A DNA stretch of 63,710 nucleotides, counting the filler, from Lama guanicoe (Eukaryota): NCBI GenBank assembly GCA_013239625.1. It is 205 parts of 205 records of this genome, joined end to end, with 100 filler letters (N's around TTAATTAATTAA, not from the genome) between each part and the next. Parts side by side here need not be neighbours in the genome. Positions count along the whole stretch, not along the records: positions 35,455 to 35,665 come from PNXV01036552.1; positions 35,766 to 35,976 come from PNXV01036553.1; positions 36,077 to 36,287 come from PNXV01036554.1; positions 36,388 to 36,598 come from PNXV01036555.1; positions 36,699 to 36,909 come from PNXV01036556.1; positions 37,010 to 37,220 come from PNXV01036557.1; positions 37,321 to 37,531 come from PNXV01036558.1; positions 37,632 to 37,842 come from PNXV01036559.1; 197 more parts are not named here. One strand, 5' to 3'. The position numbers and the translations under genes are program-made. The notes beneath the pieces were generated by a model. That model did not search any database. It saw only the letters and a program-made list of their open reading frames with translations, and was not told the DNA's origin. Of this stretch, positions 35,455 to 49,005 are shown piece by piece (the first letter of the stretch is position 1; each line of letters begins with the position of its first letter).

Positions 35455-35552
35455 TTTATTTATTTATGTTTAGAGGGGGTACTGGAGATTGAACCCAGGA
35501 CCTGTGCATGCTAAACATGCACTCTACCACTTGAGCTATACAACTCCCCCCC
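35455..35552 (-). mobile_element. Vic-1-like tRNA-Ala SINE, antisense
   Basis: Reverse complement GGGGAGTTGTATAGCTCAAGTGGTAGAGTGCATGTTTAGCATGCACAGGTCCTGGGTTCAATCTCCAGTACC plus an (AAAT)n tail. Confidence 0.9.
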
Positions 35553-35793
35553 GGGTACAACTTTTTAATTGGAAGAAAAATCGATAGTTTTTAAAGCTTG
35601 AGAGGAATTAAGACTTATTGACTGTATCACACACACATATATATATGCACATACACATACACACANNNNNNNNNNNNNNNNNNNNNNNNNNNNNNNNNNN
35701 NNNNNNNNNTTAATTAATTAANNNNNNNNNNNNNNNNNNNNNNNNNNNNNNNNNNNNNNNNNNNNTACAGGGCAGCCCTTGGATTACACAGAC

Positions 35794-35970
35794 CAGTGGT
35801 CCTCAGAGCGTGGTCCCTGCAGGAGGAGCAGCAGCACCTTGGGCTGGCAGAGCTGCAAATTCCTGCAGGGGCCCAGTCCCAGACCTCCTGAACCAAGGGG
35901 AGGAGCCAGCATTCTGTTTTAACAAGCGCTGCAGGGGATTCTGATGCCTGCCTAAGTGTGAGAGCCATTA
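35794..35970. mobile_element. MER5A-like hAT DNA transposon, near full length
   Basis: Begins CAGTGGTCCTCAGAG, ends GTGTGAGAGCCATT (degenerate TIRs); internal CCCAGACCTCCTGAA and TCTGTTTTAACAAG..GATTCTGATGC. Confidence 0.78.
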
Positions 35971-37180
35971 CACGGANNNNNNNNNNNNNNNNNNNNNNNN
36001 NNNNNNNNNNNNNNNNNNNNTTAATTAATTAANNNNNNNNNNNNNNNNNNNNNNNNNNNNNNNNNNNNNNNNNNNNGTCCCCATCCTCCGCATGCACGCG
36101 GCCCGCCACGCAGCATTACAGCGCCCGTCTGCGCAGCGGAGCGGAGCCAGGTCCACGGGGCTCTCGACCCTGGACAGCACACACTGGACACACGTGGTGC
36201 AGGTCCTCTGTGCCAGAGATGCGGGTTCGTGGCACCCTGGGAAAGCATCCCGCACAGGCCTCCTGTCCCCGCACCCAGGAGAGTGCANNNNNNNNNNNNN
36301 NNNNNNNNNNNNNNNNNNNNNNNNNNNNNNNTTAATTAATTAANNNNNNNNNNNNNNNNNNNNNNNNNNNNNNNNNNNNNNNNNNNNTTGTAAGGTTCAC
36401 AGGCTCCACCGCTGTGGGCAGGGGAGCAGGAGGCTGGAGTTGTGAGTGCCTCAGCTGCTGGAGGATGGAGTCTTAGGCCTCACTGCCGCTGCTGCCCAGT
36501 TACCTGTGCCTGCAGGCACCACAGTGGCCAGAAGGCCGGAGACGAGTGCACTGCCTCCCCTGCTGCTATGTGTTCTCTGGGGCTGTGGGCTCAGCTTCNN
36601 NNNNNNNNNNNNNNNNNNNNNNNNNNNNNNNNNNNNNNNNNNTTAATTAATTAANNNNNNNNNNNNNNNNNNNNNNNNNNNNNNNNNNNNNNNNNNNNTG
36701 AGGAAGGTCTCAGGAGGGATGACATGGGGAAACAGGTTTAGGTTCTGTAACTGGGTCAAAGTATAATCAGTAAGTATGAAATTGGACAGGGACGCTGCAG
36801 CAGCAGGTCGGGGGGAAGGCAGCACTGAATTCAGCTCACAGCCCGATCTAAACCACCGGATGATGTCCTTGCTCAGACAAGGCTGTCATGGGCTGTGCTG
36901 ATATTATCCNNNNNNNNNNNNNNNNNNNNNNNNNNNNNNNNNNNNNNNNNNNNTTAATTAATTAANNNNNNNNNNNNNNNNNNNNNNNNNNNNNNNNNNN
37001 NNNNNNNNNCACATCAGGGTAGCCAAGGTGTGAGAGGGCTGGAGATTGTTTTGGAGAAGCATAGATGGTGTGGGTCCACCTCCGGGGACTGTTTTCAGTC
37101 TGCTGTGCGCAGCGGTGCTTGGAGTAGAGTCATTTGCATTGGTTGAATGGGGAACCTGGTTTTAAAAACTATTCTGCAGA

Positions 37181-37220
37181 GTGGAGGGGATAGCTCAGTA
37201 GTAGAGCATGTGCTTAGCAT
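37181..37220 (+). mobile_element. Vic-1-like SINE 5' end, truncated by the contig end
   Basis: GGAGGGGATAGCTCAGTAGTAGAGCATGTGCTTAGCAT. Confidence 0.85.
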
Positions 37221-38564
37221 NNNNNNNNNNNNNNNNNNNNNNNNNNNNNNNNNNNNNNNNNNNNTTAATTAATTAANNNNNNNNNNNNNNNNNNNNNNNN
37301 NNNNNNNNNNNNNNNNNNNNCACCCCCTCAGAATGAAAGGTATAGTAAAGAATTTAATTTGACAACTATGACACATGCAGCACTGGGCTGAGAAGATACA
37401 ACAAAGCATAAGAAGACAATACTAAAATGTAAAGAGGATGTAACTATTTAGGAAATCATTATATTAATGACAATTAATTAATGATGAGTTAAATGTGCTT
37501 TTACTGTTGATATCATTACTTTGGATGTTCTNNNNNNNNNNNNNNNNNNNNNNNNNNNNNNNNNNNNNNNNNNNNTTAATTAATTAANNNNNNNNNNNNN
37601 NNNNNNNNNNNNNNNNNNNNNNNNNNNNNNNATCAGGGGGCACTCACTGCTACTTGTCCTCCAAGACCAACCCCCAGGTTTCCCTCACATCCTGGACGAG
37701 GGAAACACTTGTATTACAAGAGAAGGCATTCTACTAGACCCCAGGCGCTGCTGTCATTTTGAGGAGACGCCCCACACTAAGGATATCTGAAAACCTTCGT
37801 GTGTGTTCTGGAGCTGGGAAAGACATTCCACGCATCTTTATGNNNNNNNNNNNNNNNNNNNNNNNNNNNNNNNNNNNNNNNNNNNNTTAATTAATTAANN
37901 NNNNNNNNNNNNNNNNNNNNNNNNNNNNNNNNNNNNNNNNNNAGACATTTCATACTTCGGTGTGTACATTCTATTCCTCGACGCAGGCTGCCGAAACCTG
38001 GCTAGTACGACCCTTGTGAGGCAGTCAGAGAGTTGCTAGGATGCTAGAGTGAAACTACTAAATAGTGCTGGTCTTTAAAATCCTACACAGATACACGGAC
38101 GTGCGTGTTGTGTAGCTGAGAAGTTTCTTCTCCATTTTCAAATATTTTTCCTTNNNNNNNNNNNNNNNNNNNNNNNNNNNNNNNNNNNNNNNNNNNNTTA
38201 ATTAATTAANNNNNNNNNNNNNNNNNNNNNNNNNNNNNNNNNNNNNNNNNNNNCAAAAAGGTAAAGCTTATTCATTTTAAAAAAGGATAGATCCGCGTGT
38301 CCGATAAATAGCAGGAGCTCACTGCGTGTTTGCTAAGTACCGCTGCCCTCGGCGTCTGCAGGGGCTGGGTCAGGACCTGCAGGAGACGCCAAACCTGAGG
38401 ATGGGGAACCTCGGGCATGGGCCTCATATCCTAATCCCGCATCCTCAGGTTCCGCCAGCCTGGGNNNNNNNNNNNNNNNNNNNNNNNNNNNNNNNNNNNN
38501 NNNNNNNNTTAATTAATTAANNNNNNNNNNNNNNNNNNNNNNNNNNNNNNNNNNNNNNNNNNNN

Positions 38565-38775
38565 TCGCCTGCGGAGCGCGCACGGCGGCCACACCGAGTG
38601 CGAGCGCGTGCCCCCAGTCCGCCGGGCTCTGCGGCCGCGGCCGTCCCGGGGCACGCGCAAGGGGCACGGGGCAGGCCGCAGCGCCCTGCGCGCCGGGTCG
38701 GGAGGAGATCCCAAGCGGCCTGTTTTGTGACGGGCTTTCGTCAGGGCAGCCCGCTGAGGCAGGCGACGCCAGGAG
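38565..38775. promoter_or_regulatory. CpG island fragment, gene unknown
   Basis: Very GC-rich with dense CpG, including a GCGGCCGC site. Confidence 0.7.
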
Positions 38776-41700
38776 NNNNNNNNNNNNNNNNNNNNNNNNN
38801 NNNNNNNNNNNNNNNNNNNTTAATTAATTAANNNNNNNNNNNNNNNNNNNNNNNNNNNNNNNNNNNNNNNNNNNNGCAAATATTTATATTAAAACCTTCC
38901 AAGTTGCCCCCAAACCTAGAGATACTTGGTAGGGCCATTGGCAAGGGGTCGGTAGGAAAGGCAGAAAGTTTGGGAGTGGACATTTACCAAGAAATTCACA
39001 GAAGTGTCAGGGAGAAGAGGTGTCCATGCATGCCCGAGTCTTCCATCTACTGGGAATCCTGGAAAGTCAAGATACCACCATGGCTANNNNNNNNNNNNNN
39101 NNNNNNNNNNNNNNNNNNNNNNNNNNNNNNTTAATTAATTAANNNNNNNNNNNNNNNNNNNNNNNNNNNNNNNNNNNNNNNNNNNNTGCAATCCTAATTT
39201 CAGTGTGGAATATCTTTCCTGTAAGAGGGGAAATATAGGTGTGTATTGATTCAAATGAAATGTATATTTATCAGTAAGATCTTTACAGAAAAGGGCCACG
39301 TCCTTTCCAACAGGGTAAGCTGATCTTTCTCTCTGTAACTACAAAAAATACTAGTAATAAAAGCATCCCTAACGAAGTGACTTCTAAATACCCTTAGNNN
39401 NNNNNNNNNNNNNNNNNNNNNNNNNNNNNNNNNNNNNNNNNTTAATTAATTAANNNNNNNNNNNNNNNNNNNNNNNNNNNNNNNNNNNNNNNNNNNNCAC
39501 GTAGAAAGCAGCACCTGTATTTCCTCATGTCTCCTTACTCCTGCCACGATATTTTTATAGGAGGAGAAAGAAGAATAGAGAACTGTGGAAAAAAGATGGG
39601 TTCCAGCTTAAGTCTCAGTAATGCCCAAGCCTTGAGAAGGGCATTCCCAAACCTGTGCTCTGCCAGGGTGGCCAGACCTGGTCTGGGTGTCCAACCAGGA
39701 TACCTCCANNNNNNNNNNNNNNNNNNNNNNNNNNNNNNNNNNNNNNNNNNNNTTAATTAATTAANNNNNNNNNNNNNNNNNNNNNNNNNNNNNNNNNNNN
39801 NNNNNNNNTCTTTGTCTATTAAACAATAGCCATTTAACAAATTCTAAAGTAAAAAATGACTGAATGTATAATTAATTATATTTTGAAAATTAAAGTAAGA
39901 TACACATTGAGCTACTTGCTCACAGAAATTATTTTTCTGCCTTTGTAAATATCTTCGGGGTGATACACTAAGCTGTATTCTCTAGCTGTGAGCATAGTCT
40001 TCTACTGAATTCAATCATANNNNNNNNNNNNNNNNNNNNNNNNNNNNNNNNNNNNNNNNNNNNTTAATTAATTAANNNNNNNNNNNNNNNNNNNNNNNNN
40101 NNNNNNNNNNNNNNNNNNNTAAGATTAAGGATGGGCACCAGTGGCCTTGGGCAGAAGGGAGAAACGGGAGACTCAGGAGAGGAAAAGCCAGACCGAGGCT
40201 TTCGCGTCATCTTTATTAACCGGCAGCACACACTTTGGCCATGAGAGGCGGGCTGACAGCGCTGCTGGAACACTCCTGGTGGCGGCCCTCTTCTCCCAAG
40301 CTCCACAGTTTGGCCTTGTACAGAGTGATGNNNNNNNNNNNNNNNNNNNNNNNNNNNNNNNNNNNNNNNNNNNNTTAATTAATTAANNNNNNNNNNNNNN
40401 NNNNNNNNNNNNNNNNNNNNNNNNNNNNNNCAAAAGCCATCTTTCATTGACTCTACCAACAATTCAATTATCCACATGACTTACGAAATGCTCTAGTGTG
40501 AATAAAACAAAAAATAATTTTTATTTGGCTTTGTTAAGTGGTTTTTATCCTTTTGTGTAGAAGTGTTTCAACCAAAGGTGTTTTGAAAATTTGTATGTCC
40601 AAAAATTATTAAAGCACCAGAAAGCTATCTACTTTTCAATTNNNNNNNNNNNNNNNNNNNNNNNNNNNNNNNNNNNNNNNNNNNNTTAATTAATTAANNN
40701 NNNNNNNNNNNNNNNNNNNNNNNNNNNNNNNNNNNNNNNNNCACTCCACACATATGGTACCACTGAAGTTTTACTCTCACATGTGACCTGATTGGTCGGT
40801 CAGCAGGGATTGTGAACGCTATCAGTCAGCGCCTCCTGTAGGGGTGGGCTGGAGCTGGCACGTCCCTCCCCCTGGGGAGCTTAAGTTGGCTGGAAGAAAT
40901 CACGTAACCAAAGCTATGCACCCTGCACTGTGCATGGCAGTGGAGGGTGAGGNNNNNNNNNNNNNNNNNNNNNNNNNNNNNNNNNNNNNNNNNNNNTTAA
41001 TTAATTAANNNNNNNNNNNNNNNNNNNNNNNNNNNNNNNNNNNNNNNNNNNNTGTAAATGTTCATGTTAATGAAAAGGGAACAGTTCTTTAAAAGTATCC
41101 CCAGATACATCACATTTTAAATGACTGTCAACATTCCTAGTATCTTATAGCTTTAATGTTGCACTCTGGTCCTAACGCATTGAATAAAACTAGAGCTGAA
41201 ATCATTGTAATTAGATTTTTCTATTTTCTTTCAACAAAAATGAAACCAAAAAACTAACAGAAGNNNNNNNNNNNNNNNNNNNNNNNNNNNNNNNNNNNNN
41301 NNNNNNNTTAATTAATTAANNNNNNNNNNNNNNNNNNNNNNNNNNNNNNNNNNNNNNNNNNNNGGGTCTCTCACAGTTGCCTCTCATCACCTGGTGAGCC
41401 CTGTCCGGGAACTGCCCTGCAGAGGGAAATTCTCCAAATGACGATGGGCTCCTTGCAACGTGGCTCCGAATGGAGGCTGCCCTGGCGGGTGTCTCTGTCA
41501 TTCTCTTGACATAAGGACACACGTTCCTGTGAGGAGCCATCGCCGGTTCTAGGTGGAATCCCTGCTAATCTAACNNNNNNNNNNNNNNNNNNNNNNNNNN
41601 NNNNNNNNNNNNNNNNNNTTAATTAATTAANNNNNNNNNNNNNNNNNNNNNNNNNNNNNNNNNNNNNNNNNNNNAAGTGGGTGGGTCTGGGGTGCTCTGG

Positions 41701-43229
41701 CCTGCGGGTTATCAGGAATTAAGGTTCTTGCCGGGTTTGAACTCGGTGGCCCCCAAGGAATGGGAACAAAGTAGGGTTCAGGCCACCCCGTCGTCCTTCC
41801 GAGGCAGCCGGAGTAACTACGTCTTCCTCCCTGTTCTCAGTGAAGTGCATCCGGAGCACCCCCGAGTACTTTGCTGAAAGGCTGTNNNNNNNNNNNNNNN
41901 NNNNNNNNNNNNNNNNNNNNNNNNNNNNNTTAATTAATTAANNNNNNNNNNNNNNNNNNNNNNNNNNNNNNNNNNNNNNNNNNNNCAGGGGCGCACAATC
42001 TTGGCCTTTTTGTTCCCGGAGCTAGTTCTTCTCTCGCCCCTATCTCTTTTGTGTTTCCCAGGCTCCCATGGTTTATTATAGTCAAAGGCACCCACAGAAG
42101 ACCATGAGATGGGAGAGGGGGCACGCTTCATCCCGGGCAGCATCTCCGGCAGCTATAGTTACATCGCCTGCACGTTCCAGGTCCTGATGAACAGAANNNN
42201 NNNNNNNNNNNNNNNNNNNNNNNNNNNNNNNNNNNNNNNNTTAATTAATTAANNNNNNNNNNNNNNNNNNNNNNNNNNNNNNNNNNNNNNNNNNNNTATT
42301 TCTTCTCAAAACCTGCAGCCTGTGTTGCTGCCAGCTGTTTTTTTTATCTCTTACATAAAATTGACTTCTAACAGAGTGAAGAAATCTGAATGTAGATAAG
42401 AGATCTACCAATTAGCTGATGACAGGCAGACACACTACTGTCTTCCACTGGGGGCCATGAGAAATGAGTCGTGGACTCAGGTCGTGGGGCAGCAGCTCCA
42501 CCACCACNNNNNNNNNNNNNNNNNNNNNNNNNNNNNNNNNNNNNNNNNNNNTTAATTAATTAANNNNNNNNNNNNNNNNNNNNNNNNNNNNNNNNNNNNN
42601 NNNNNNNCTCTGGCTGGACCCAGGTTGCTGTCACAACTGAACTGTAACACATTTTTCCACAACAATTCTGGAGGCCCCGGTGAGATTTCAACGACGCTGG
42701 CCTGTTTAGCCCACCGGCCAGTGGAGCAATCGCTTGGAGGTCGGGAGCTCCAAAGCAAACGAGGAGGTGCGCCACCCGACAACATTCCGGGTCCTTCTTT
42801 GCAGAGGTGATTCGGTTCNNNNNNNNNNNNNNNNNNNNNNNNNNNNNNNNNNNNNNNNNNNNTTAATTAATTAANNNNNNNNNNNNNNNNNNNNNNNNNN
42901 NNNNNNNNNNNNNNNNNNGTGGGAAGACCAAGATCACAGACCATCCCTCACCGTGTGTTGATAAGGTCGTACTTCGGTGACTTCCATTTTGTATCAGCAA
43001 GACGGAGAGTGTGACATGGTAGAAAGCACAGTGGATTTAAAATTAGAAGAGCTGCGTTTGCCTTCGGTTCTCCTGCGCAGTCTTGGCAAATCAATGAATC
43101 TCCCGCTTCCGCGTTGCCCCTCTAGCCCCNNNNNNNNNNNNNNNNNNNNNNNNNNNNNNNNNNNNNNNNNNNNTTAATTAATTAANNNNNNNNNNNNNNN
43201 NNNNNNNNNNNNNNNNNNNNNNNNNNNNN

Positions 43230-43440
43230 TCTTTGTCAAGACTGCTTTGGTTATTTGAGGTCTTTCATAGCTCCACACAAAGTTTAGAATTGTTAGTTCT
43301 ATTTCTGTGAAAAATGCCATTGGGATTTTGATCAAGTTTGAATTGAATATGTAGATTGCTTTCAGTACTATGGACATTTTAATAATAGTAGTTTTCTAAT
43401 CCATGGACACAAAATATATTTTCATTTACTTGTGTCTTCT
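43230..43440 (-). mobile_element. LINE-1 ORF2 fragment, antisense
   Basis: Minus-strand translation [49 protein letters not shown] matches ORF2p (ILPKAIYRFNAIPIKIP..FFTELEK.ILKFIW). Confidence 0.92.
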
Positions 43441-45407
43441 NNNNNNNNNNNNNNNNNNNNNNNNNNNNNNNNNNNNNNNNNNNNTTAATTAATTAANNNN
43501 NNNNNNNNNNNNNNNNNNNNNNNNNNNNNNNNNNNNNNNNATGTGAGAGCCCAGAATGTGAGCTGACAAGGGGGCGTCTTCTCTCAGGCTGGGCGTCGGA
43601 CGCACGGCTCTCTAGGTGAGGATGGTGACCACGTTCTCAAGGATTATTAGAACTATTAAACTATTCTAAGCATTAACATCTGCATTTTAATAGTTGTGCC
43701 TATCAATTATGAAATGACAATGATTCAGTGTCTCAGCTACTTCCCCTACAANNNNNNNNNNNNNNNNNNNNNNNNNNNNNNNNNNNNNNNNNNNNTTAAT
43801 TAATTAANNNNNNNNNNNNNNNNNNNNNNNNNNNNNNNNNNNNNNNNNNNNTTCTCAAAGCAACTGTGCCTTCCTCCCCTGGAACCCAGGAAGGTGCCGG
43901 GGGCCCTCTCATCTAGGCAAGAAAAGCTGAGGACTGGCTCTGCTGCCCAAATCTTACATGACAAGGCAACCTGTTCTTTTCTGGGTCACGTCTTATTTTC
44001 CTGAAATATTTCTGCATCTTTTCTCCCAGCCCCTGATTTGATTCTGCTGAATCTATCCATACNNNNNNNNNNNNNNNNNNNNNNNNNNNNNNNNNNNNNN
44101 NNNNNNTTAATTAATTAANNNNNNNNNNNNNNNNNNNNNNNNNNNNNNNNNNNNNNNNNNNNTTGGCAAGCAGTATCCTAAATTTTGTTGGGGTTCATCC
44201 TGTTGGTAGAGATATAATAAAACCAACTCAGGTCTGTTTAGACTGCGGATTCTGTCTGGCCAGCCAACTGTACATGAACGTTACAGAGTAAACTTTGGAT
44301 ATCAGAGGGCAGAGGCACTCTTGCAAAATTATGAACACCAACTGGTGGCAAATAGCAGGGGAGTTTAGGAATCNNNNNNNNNNNNNNNNNNNNNNNNNNN
44401 NNNNNNNNNNNNNNNNNTTAATTAATTAANNNNNNNNNNNNNNNNNNNNNNNNNNNNNNNNNNNNNNNNNNNNGGTAATGAAAAATGAGATAATGGGGGA
44501 ATGAAAAAAATGCAATGCCCATTGTTCTGGAAATAATACAAGCAAAAGATATGGATAAGAACAGAAGTTGATTTGAACCTTTTAAAGGAGAGACCCGAAT
44601 AGAACACACTGATGTCTTGGAGGGAAAAATATATTAGGGAATTGTCAGCATGAAAGTTGAAAATTGTTGATGGAGATCAGCTATNNNNNNNNNNNNNNNN
44701 NNNNNNNNNNNNNNNNNNNNNNNNNNNNTTAATTAATTAANNNNNNNNNNNNNNNNNNNNNNNNNNNNNNNNNNNNNNNNNNNNAATCCTGTTCCTGGCG
44801 TCTGAAGATCCTAGTAAGATGGGGAAAAAAAAACTTGGTAATAAATAATGAGTTCAAACCCTAGTAGTACGCTACTTTACAGTATCATGTGCAAACATAT
44901 GACTTTCCACTCTTGGAGTGGCCCATTTGGGGCACTACTGAACCAGGGTCATTCATTTTTTTCCACTTTTTTATTTTAAAAGTTGTTATGCACCTNNNNN
45001 NNNNNNNNNNNNNNNNNNNNNNNNNNNNNNNNNNNNNNNTTAATTAATTAANNNNNNNNNNNNNNNNNNNNNNNNNNNNNNNNNNNNNNNNNNNNAACCC
45101 CGGGGGCCAGTGAAAGGAAGACAATAACCCAGTCACTGAGAGCCGTGCACGGGGCGGGGTGGGGGGAAGAGTTTAGGGTTTTTCTTTAGTGCGGTCAGGA
45201 GCTATTGGAGGGTTTTAAGCAATGGAATGGCTCAGAGTCTAGTTCAGGACGTTTGCTCTGGATGCTGTGTGCGCAGGGGTTTGGAGCTGCAGGCAAGATG
45301 GTAGGAGNNNNNNNNNNNNNNNNNNNNNNNNNNNNNNNNNNNNNNNNNNNNTTAATTAATTAANNNNNNNNNNNNNNNNNNNNNNNNNNNNNNNNNNNNN
45401 NNNNNNN

Positions 45408-45500
45408 TCTTTGAGTCACTCAGAGCCTCAGTTTCTCCATCTGTAAAACAGGAATGGTAACAGAACCCACCTCAGGGATGGCTGTGAAAGGTAGATGTGT
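45408..45500. mobile_element. MIR SINE core
   Basis: GAGCCTCAGTTTCTCCATCTGTAAAACAGGAATGGTAACAGAACCCACCTCAGGG. Confidence 0.8.
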
Positions 45501-46092
45501 ATGTGAAACACATAGATACACTGAATTTCCCCACCCCCCAGGCAATCCCTGAAATTAGGGGCTCCTTACGTTCAAGAAAGATCACACACATTCTTTCATG
45601 TAGTGGGGGCACCCTCAANNNNNNNNNNNNNNNNNNNNNNNNNNNNNNNNNNNNNNNNNNNNTTAATTAATTAANNNNNNNNNNNNNNNNNNNNNNNNNN
45701 NNNNNNNNNNNNNNNNNNACGCACACACTCTCTCTTTCACACACACTCACTCACTCATTCACACTCCCGTTTTCCATATTCCTTCTTTGCAAACCTCCCC
45801 CCAAGCCTAAGACAATCCCCACAGTGACCATGTCTACCCTCAGGCAGGGAGACCCTCCCGATGACGGGTCCCACCGAAGATGCTCAGCGCCCGGGTGAGC
45901 TGGTGCTGGTGGGCGGAGGGGGTAAAGCCCNNNNNNNNNNNNNNNNNNNNNNNNNNNNNNNNNNNNNNNNNNNNTTAATTAATTAANNNNNNNNNNNNNN
46001 NNNNNNNNNNNNNNNNNNNNNNNNNNNNNNCAAAAATGGGTAAGGGAGAATCCCACAGTGATCTTCTCTGGCTTTAATCAAAAGGTTACCAT

Positions 46093-46242
46093 GAGCAGCG
46101 GCCGGAGCCGAAGCCACCTAGAAGCCACGGGATCGGGGCCGCTGGGGTCTAGATGGGGGTCGACGCTTCATCCTCATCCAGAACCAGGCAGGCGAGACAC
46201 GCCTGGCCAAGTGGTACATGGAGTTTGTTGACTACAAGAAAC
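46093..46242 (+). pseudogene. AP2S1: Processed pseudogene of AP-2 complex subunit sigma, 5' part
   Basis: From 46164: [26 protein letters not shown] versus AP2S1 [28 protein letters not shown]. It is directly preceded by 5'UTR-like GGGGCCGCTGGGGTCTAGATGGGGGTCG with no intron. The start codon is lost and normally invariant residues are substituted. Confidence 0.9.
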
Positions 46243-46425
46243 NNNNNNNNNNNNNNNNNNNNNNNNNNNNNNNNNNNNNNNNNNNNTTAATTAATTAANN
46301 NNNNNNNNNNNNNNNNNNNNNNNNNNNNNNNNNNNNNNNNNNCTTCCTCCCTCCTTACTAACCTCGATTTGTCCCAGGTGTCCACCCCTTCTGACCTCCA
46401 GGAATGGATTCTGTTTAGTTCAAAG

Positions 46426-46554
46426 CAGAGATCCTCAAACTTTAGAATATATGGCATATTTCTTAAAACTCATATTGCTGGACTCCACCCCAGCATTTCT
46501 GATTCGGGAAAGCTGGGGTGAGGTCTGAGAATTTGCATTTCTAATAGGTTTTCA
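46426..46554. mobile_element. MER5-like DNA transposon fragment
   Basis: CAGAGATCCTCAAACTTTAG..ATTGCTGGACTCCACCCCAG..TTTCTGATTC..CTGGGGTGAGGTCTGAGAATTTGCATTTCTAA. Confidence 0.8.
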
Positions 46555-48837
46555 NNNNNNNNNNNNNNNNNNNNNNNNNNNNNNNNNNNNNNNNNNNNTT
46601 AATTAATTAANNNNNNNNNNNNNNNNNNNNNNNNNNNNNNNNNNNNNNNNNNNNCCAGGCCCTGTCTTGTGAGGATGTTGCTGGCTGCTGTGTAGTGGGG
46701 CCTAGTCATGAAGTGGCTGGCTGCAGAACCCTGGGGGCCCCAGGACTAGTGCTGGCCCCATGGTGGGCGGAGTCAATGTCCAAAAGACTCTGGGGCTGTT
46801 GCTCACCCACTGGCAGGTGAAGCCAGATCCTGGGGCTAGTGCTGGTCCACTGGCAGACAGGGCTGNNNNNNNNNNNNNNNNNNNNNNNNNNNNNNNNNNN
46901 NNNNNNNNNTTAATTAATTAANNNNNNNNNNNNNNNNNNNNNNNNNNNNNNNNNNNNNNNNNNNNTTCACCTCCACATGTACAAATCAGAGGTCTGGCAG
47001 ATGAAATCTGATGACCTGAAGATATTGATCCCCATTTGTCAATGAACATCAATTCAGATTCTGATCTGGATGTTCTTCTATGCTGCTTTGAACTTTCTGG
47101 GCTACAATTTCACAACCCATTCCCACACGCCTTCTACTTCCCGCACTGCAATTGAGTTCTGAATTAGATTTTATATTNNNNNNNNNNNNNNNNNNNNNNN
47201 NNNNNNNNNNNNNNNNNNNNNTTAATTAATTAANNNNNNNNNNNNNNNNNNNNNNNNNNNNNNNNNNNNNNNNNNNNCAGAATAATATCAGGATCAGATT
47301 TAATTGTTATGCTGATGACTATGTGATCCTTCTGTAGGATGGATTACAGTGTGCCAGTGAATTGTCTGTGTGCTCTCCAACCTGTTACCTGCCTTTCTCT
47401 TGTTCTGGTCTCTTACTCAGGGTAACTACGTTTTCCAGAATCTCCTTTTCTCTGACTTCTGATGTTCTTTGTTCAATAAGACACCTGGTNNNNNNNNNNN
47501 NNNNNNNNNNNNNNNNNNNNNNNNNNNNNNNNNTTAATTAATTAANNNNNNNNNNNNNNNNNNNNNNNNNNNNNNNNNNNNNNNNNNNNACTTATAAAGC
47601 TAAAAAACTAATGCAAACAAAATTATAAACCAGTTGCATTACGACAGGCAATTGAGTGAATATGGTGATGGTGTGGTTTGTTCTTGACAGTGTGGAGCAA
47701 GTGTGTCACAATCTGCTTCTATATTCATATATATCACCTGTGACAACCCAAATCTTCACATCTTTTTATTTTTTGAACTTCCGTGGAATCATTCTGACAT
47801 ANNNNNNNNNNNNNNNNNNNNNNNNNNNNNNNNNNNNNNNNNNNNTTAATTAATTAANNNNNNNNNNNNNNNNNNNNNNNNNNNNNNNNNNNNNNNNNNN
47901 NTCTAGATGCTTCCTTCCATGTGACAGGAGCTCCATGAGCATGTCTCCTCGAGTCTGCCTCTTCATTACTCTGACCTAGAGGAAGAAAAGGAACTTACCT
48001 GACCGATACCCTTGAGACAAACAACCCCGCATTCTCAGCTCAGCCACTCCCTTCTAGTTTCCCATGGAGTCTTTCTGCTGTTCTCCCCTGGGGGCTGGGT
48101 TTTCCCCTGAGGGNNNNNNNNNNNNNNNNNNNNNNNNNNNNNNNNNNNNNNNNNNNNTTAATTAATTAANNNNNNNNNNNNNNNNNNNNNNNNNNNNNNN
48201 NNNNNNNNNNNNNCTGAGGTTTTAGGACTTTGACCATTAAAAGGTTGTGAAGTTTAAAAGGCCAAGTTTTGTTACTTAAAAGTCTGAGTACCTATGAGCT
48301 TTCATTTTCCTAATCATTGTTGAAACGAGATTGTAGAATAGTGTCTTATATTTCATGCCATCCTCGCATAATAAAACGAAGTTTCAATTCTTTAGGCGCC
48401 AAGATGAAAGGCGTCAGGGTATATTNNNNNNNNNNNNNNNNNNNNNNNNNNNNNNNNNNNNNNNNNNNNTTAATTAATTAANNNNNNNNNNNNNNNNNNN
48501 NNNNNNNNNNNNNNNNNNNNNNNNNAGAAACAGACTCAGGAATAAGAGTTCATATGCCAGTAATTCCTGAGAGTTTTCTGAAGAGTTTTCATTATTCCAA
48601 AGTTTTATTTTCTTCATTCTTAAAGAGTGGCTTCACCTGTGCTTTGGATCTCTTTCCTTAACATCATTTCAGAGATTTTATTCCTTTCTCTGCTTTTAGC
48701 CTTTCCTTTTTTACTGGTTCCTTCCTATTAGCATTTTNNNNNNNNNNNNNNNNNNNNNNNNNNNNNNNNNNNNNNNNNNNNTTAATTAATTAANNNNNNN
48801 NNNNNNNNNNNNNNNNNNNNNNNNNNNNNNNNNNNNN

Positions 48838-49005
48838 GATCTGCATTAGAGTCACCACAACGGGATGCGGGTGGAGGGGAGACTTAATACAGACTCCCCT
48901 TGTCCCAGTCATTCTGGTTCCGAAGATGCGGGATGAGGACAGGATATGCAATTTTAACGACCTTCTAGGGTGATTCTAATGTACACTGAAATCTGAAAAC
49001 CACTG
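48838..49005. mobile_element. MER5-like DNA transposon fragment
   Basis: CTGCATTAGAGTCACC..TGCAATTTTAAC..GGTGATTCTAATGTACACTGAAATCTGAAAACCACTG. Confidence 0.7.
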
